64,000 nt of DNA, taken from NCBI GenBank assembly GCA_046754465.1, contig JBHHVU010000007.1:32951-96950 (forward strand), written 5' to 3'. Both the position numbers and the translations under genes were made by a program. The notes under the pieces were generated by a model. The model saw nothing but the letters and a program-made list of their open reading frames with translations. It had not been told where the DNA came from and did no database searches. This document shows, in pieces, positions 60,194-64,000 of this stretch; positions within the stretch are counted from its first letter, which is position 1; each line of letters begins with the position of its first letter. The stretch is from Nitrospinaceae bacterium. Its GTDB lineage: Bacteria > Nitrospinota > Nitrospinia > Nitrospinales > VA-1.

Positions 60194-61123
60194 ATGTCCC
60201 CCAAGGAATTTTTTAGACGTCCCATTTTAATCATTTTGGTTGCCTCATCGTTGGTATTCAGCGGGTGCAGTTATATTCCCTGGATTGGAAATGATGATGA
60301 AGACGACTTGGCGTTCGAGGAGGATTTCCCCTTTGAAGATCAAAGCGCCGAGGAACAAGGGGGGGGGAAGGCCTCGGAGGATGATTTTTTCTCGGATGAC
60401 AAATCCCTGATCGAGGGGGAGGATGGTGGCGGCTTTTCCAGCGTCGATCAGAAAACCGACTCCAAGGAATTGCAAGGTGATGTGGAAAACCTGCAAAGCC
60501 AGCAGGAAGCATTGATCAGTAAAGTCCGGGAACTGGAAGAGATGATCGCTACCCTAGAGCCCAAGGTCAGCGCCACCCAGGAACGCCTGGAAGGAAGTCT
60601 TTCGGAAGTTTCCAGCCAATCCGAATTTTTGGAGCCGGAAGTGGAGGAATTGAAAACCCAGGTCGCCCAGTTGAATGAAGAAATCGCGCGGCTGAAAATC
60701 CAAAGGCAAGGCGACTTGCCAAAAAAGGTCCGCGGCCACGCCAGGGTCGGCGGGACCCCTCCGGAATACAATAAAGCCCTGGATGCTTACCGGAAAGGGA
60801 ATTATGACGAGTCCATTCTCTTATTCCAAAACTTCGCCTTGAGCGATCCGCCCTCAAATTTGAAGGACAATATCGCTTTTTGGATCGGCAGCAACTACCT
60901 GAAGCTGGAAATGTATGACGACGCCATCAAGCAGTTTGAAACCGTGTTGAACCAATACCCCCGGGGCAACAAAATCCACGACTCTCGATTGATGCTGGGT
61001 ATCAGTTATTTTAAAAAGGGGGAGACCAGCCGGGCGGTCGACATCCTTCAGACCGCGTTGAAATACAACCCGCCCGCCGAGGTTCGAGGAAAGATTCGGG
61101 CGCAATTGAATTCCATTCAATAA
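60194..61123 (+). CDS. CpoB/YbgF-like lipoprotein (acidic linker, coiled coil, TPR)
   Basis: Lipobox FSGC; coiled coil; C-terminal TPRs 'AIKQFETVLNQYP..NK'. Confidence 0.75.
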   Translation: MSPKEFFRRPILIILVASSLVFSGCSYIPWIGNDDEDDLAFEEDFPFEDQSAEEQGGGKASEDDFFSDDKSLIEGEDGGGFSSVDQKTDSKELQGDVENLQSQQEALISKVRELEEMIATLEPKVSATQERLEGSLSEVSSQSEFLEPEVEELKTQVAQLNEEIARLKIQRQGDLPKKVRGHARVGGTPPEYNKALDAYRKGNYDESILLFQNFALSDPPSNLKDNIAFWIGSNYLKLEMYDDAIKQFETVLNQYPRGNKIHDSRLMLGISYFKKGETSRAVDILQTALKYNPPAEVRGKIRAQLNSIQ

Positions 61124-61174
61124 TTCAGCAGTCTCTTCCCGAAGCAGGGGCAGCGCGTTTGTGCCCGTACCTCC

Positions 61175-61312
61175 ATGAAGGTCGCCATTGTTCAGAATTG
61201 GCTGATGGGCATGCGCGGTGGTGAAAAATGCCTCGAAGTTTTCTGTCAGTATCCCCCCTACCGTTTCCCCTTTTTTCTATTCCTTTATTCTAAAAAAACA
61301 GGAAAGATTTAA
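61175..61312 (+). pseudogene. N-terminal remnant of a WbaZ-like GT4 glycosyltransferase
   Basis: Reads MKVAIVQNWLMGMRGGEKCLEVFC, then degenerates and stops. Confidence 0.7.
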
Positions 61313-61402
61313 ACCCGACTTCATTTTTATTAGGTGGTACCATTGCCTGATTTCTTTTCGAGCGCCAGCGTTTTTTGAAGATTTCGTTTTTCGGGAAAAG
61401 GC

Positions 61403-62602
61403 ATGAAGATCGCGATATTATCCGTCAACTTGTTTGATAATTCCATGGGAGGGGTGGAGAACCATATTCGGTTCATATCCAAAGAATTGACCAGGCGTGG
61501 CCATGAGATTATGTTGTTCAAACCGGTTTGGGAAGATAAGGTTGACCTTCGAGAACGCCAAATAGAAAATTTGACAATTTTTTACATCAAATTGGGGAAA
61601 CCCCCTTTTAATCTTCAACGATGGAGCGGTCAGGGAATCTGGGGCTACCTGGCGGGTTTTCTGGGAAAAGCGGCTTATTCTTTTGGGGCGGCGCGTGTCG
61701 TGAAAGCCTTGATGTTCTGGCAACCGGAATTGGTATGGCAACACGATTTTTCTTCCAATTGGTGGGCCACAAGAAAACTGGCCCGTTTTTTCCCGGTGGT
61801 GCTGACAAACCATTCCGGGGAATACCTCCTGTTAAAAAAGTTTTGGATTGGACGAATCCTGCTTTTATGGATGTTGAGACATTACAAGGCAATCATTGGC
61901 CCCAGTAGAGAATTGACCCCCGATTTTCCCAAAAAGGCATTCACAATCCATAATGGGGTGGACACTCGTCTATTTGTTCCTTTACCTCCGGAAAAACGGA
62001 ATTCCATGAAAAGGGAATTGTTTGGGGACACGGATCGATTTGTTATTTTTTGTCCCCGAAGGTGGGCGCCTACCAAGGGCATCATATATTTGGCAAAAGC
62101 CATTCAGTGGATGGGTCGAAATAATCAGTTAAACTCAAAGTTTATATTTGTTTTTGCGGGAAGTGAAACACAATATCCCAAGTATGTTGAACAAATCAAT
62201 CGCGAACTTGAAGATTTTGAAGATTCGGTGATCAAATTGGGAAGCTTGAATATCTATGAAATGGTCCGCTATTACCAGTCTTCCGATTTGATTGTGATTC
62301 CTTCTGTAATGGAGGCGGTGAGTTTGGCGGCGCTCGAATCCATGGCCTGTGGGACTCCTGTAATTTCCACCCATGTGGGTGGTATGCCTGAAATCATCGA
62401 AGACGGTGAAACTGGATATTTAATCAGTCCCTGCCGGTTCCAGGAATTGGGTGAAGCCATTTTGAGGGTTTATAAAGATCCGCATCGGGCTTTGGTGGCT
62501 GAAAAAGCATTGGCCATGATTCAACAGAAATATGATTGGTCCGTCATTGCAACCAACACTGAGAAAGTATTATTGAAAGCGGTAAAAGATAGGGGCAATT
62601 AG
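61403..62602 (+). CDS. GT4-family glycosyltransferase
   Basis: 'GGVENH', 'HNGVD', 'KG' and 'EAVSLAALESMACGTPVI'. Confidence 0.9.
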   Translation: MKIAILSVNLFDNSMGGVENHIRFISKELTRRGHEIMLFKPVWEDKVDLRERQIENLTIFYIKLGKPPFNLQRWSGQGIWGYLAGFLGKAAYSFGAARVVKALMFWQPELVWQHDFSSNWWATRKLARFFPVVLTNHSGEYLLLKKFWIGRILLLWMLRHYKAIIGPSRELTPDFPKKAFTIHNGVDTRLFVPLPPEKRNSMKRELFGDTDRFVIFCPRRWAPTKGIIYLAKAIQWMGRNNQLNSKFIFVFAGSETQYPKYVEQINRELEDFEDSVIKLGSLNIYEMVRYYQSSDLIVIPSVMEAVSLAALESMACGTPVISTHVGGMPEIIEDGETGYLISPCRFQELGEAILRVYKDPHRALVAEKALAMIQQKYDWSVIATNTEKVLLKAVKDRGN

Positions 62603-62662
62603 ACTGTGCAGGGTTTCCGGTCAACGGATTCCTTAGTTTTCATTCAAATAAAAGCAGGGTTT

Positions 62663-63412
62663 ATGTACGTTCGATCGAAAAAAAACGTTCTCTCGGTTTT
62701 TTTTAAAAAACAATTCTATGTTGCTTTTGTCAATATTTTTCGATATTTCCTGGAGCCATTTGATGTTTTATTGAGATATGTATTCCGAAAGGGTTCTTAT
62801 CCAAAAGATTGTTTTGTTAAAACCCCGACGGGGATACAAAAGGTATCTCTATATTGTTCCGACGATATGATGACATTCGTCGAATGTTTTGGGAAACTGG
62901 ATTATCGGGTTCCGACCGATATTTCCTGTGTCGTCGATTTTGGCTCCAACATTGGAATAAGCGCCCTTTATTTCTTAACGCGGAACCCGAAAGTCCACAT
63001 TTACTTATACGAACCTCTTCCCGCGAATATTGACAAACTTAAAAAAAATTTGCGCGGCTATGAAAACAGGTATGAACTCAATGCCGTAGCCGTAGGACTG
63101 GAAAACGGTACTGGACTGTTCAGCCATGAACCCACGGGCCGATATGGAGGGTTGTACAAAAGTACTATGAAAAGCCAAATAGAAGTGCCGGTTCAATGCG
63201 CCAAGGAGATTGTGCGAGACATCCTGAAGAAACACCAAAAGATTGATATCCTTAAGATAGATGTGGAAGGGTTGGAAAACGATATAATCAATGATCTTGA
63301 AATAGATCTATTTGATGGAATTGATCGGATATATGCAGAAACTCATTTTGAGGGTGAATTGCCCGGTTTTAAAAAAGAGCAATATGGAGAAATAGTGAGA
63401 TTCTATAAATAG
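62663..63412 (+). CDS. FkbM-family methyltransferase
   Basis: 'VDFGSNIG', 'YEP' and 'ILKIDVEG.E'. Confidence 0.88.
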   Translation: MYVRSKKNVLSVFFKKQFYVAFVNIFRYFLEPFDVLLRYVFRKGSYPKDCFVKTPTGIQKVSLYCSDDMMTFVECFGKLDYRVPTDISCVVDFGSNIGISALYFLTRNPKVHIYLYEPLPANIDKLKKNLRGYENRYELNAVAVGLENGTGLFSHEPTGRYGGLYKSTMKSQIEVPVQCAKEIVRDILKKHQKIDILKIDVEGLENDIINDLEIDLFDGIDRIYAETHFEGELPGFKKEQYGEIVRFYK

Positions 63413-63444
63413 ACAGACCTGAATGAAAGACCGGATGACTGGGA

Positions 63445-63960
63445 GATTTAGCGGTTGAAGCTTTCAATGAATTGGGTTATCCTCGGGTCGTTATTAGCCA
63501 GGGGCAAATGGCGGAAGCATTGAAAAAATAGGTGAAACCCAATATCCGGTTTGCCGGTTGGTTGCCCGATGAACAGGTTCGTTCCCACTATGCCCGGTGC
63601 CGGGCCTTTATTTTTTGCGGTGAAGAAGATTTTGGCATTAACCCCCTTGAAGCCCAGGCCATGGGCAGGCCGGTGATCGCCTTGGCCCGGGGAGGTGCCT
63701 TGGAAACGGTGATCCCCGATCGCCGATCCTGGAAACCGGAAACCGAAGTTGCGGAGGAAGAAACCGCTCATCCTGCCGGGGCCTTTTTTTATGAAAAACC
63801 GCCGGAGGCCCTTCGGTTGGCCGTCAGGCATTTCGAAACCATCGAAAACGGGTTCGAAACGAAAGCGATCAGAAAACACGCCCTGGAATTAGATGTTGAT
63901 ACCTTTTCTGATCAAATTCAGCATTTCATTCAAGAGCGGTTTCAGAAACATCAATGCTGA
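63445..63960 (+). pseudogene. C-terminal remnant of a WbaZ-like GT4 glycosyltransferase with internal TAG (63529-63531)
   Basis: DLAVEAFNELG...KK*VKPNIRFAGW...EEDFGINPLEAQAMGRPVIA..RGGALETV. Confidence 0.75.
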
Positions 63961-64000
63961 AGAAACACGGTCAATTATTCCTTTCCACGCTTTTTATTTT
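63954..64000 (+). CDS. Start of a gene truncated by the window edge (possibly a priming sugar-phosphate transferase)
   Basis: ATG overlapping the upstream stop, MLKKHGQLFLSTLFI; only the polysaccharide-gene context supports the product. Confidence 0.35.
   Translation, partial: MLKKHGQLFLSTLFI

Overview
Bacterial chromosomal window. The gene content suggests a Nitrospinota/Nitrospirota-like chemolithotroph, but this is an inference, not a search result. The most striking region (~9.7-28.6 kb) is a periplasmic copper/heme redox locus. It holds two ~1,640-aa MnxG-like multicopper oxidase genes exactly 7,950 bp apart, which are a mosaic of base-identical and diverged blocks. Between and after them lie three cupredoxin-like proteins with amicyanin-type C-x2-H-x2-M loops, two triheme cytochromes c (one fused to an EbdC/DOMON-like domain), a diiron ferritin-like protein, an ECF sigma factor and a TlpA-type redoxin. 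A fourth, TPR-fused cupredoxin paralog at 41-42 kb has Leu in place of the axial Met. The rest is mostly housekeeping or envelope genes: cysH, degP-like, a LolCDE-like ABC cluster, UDG, argS, rarA, rsmE, scpA, archease-rtcB and cysE-cysteine desulfurase. Other oddities are serB interrupted by an in-frame TAA, a glycosyltransferase split around an AT-richer GT4+FkbM cassette, tandem glycine-zipper lipoproteins behind a perfect CRP-type palindrome, and a sigma54 promoter ahead of a small membrane ORF. I saw no rRNA, tRNA, CRISPR array or transposase.
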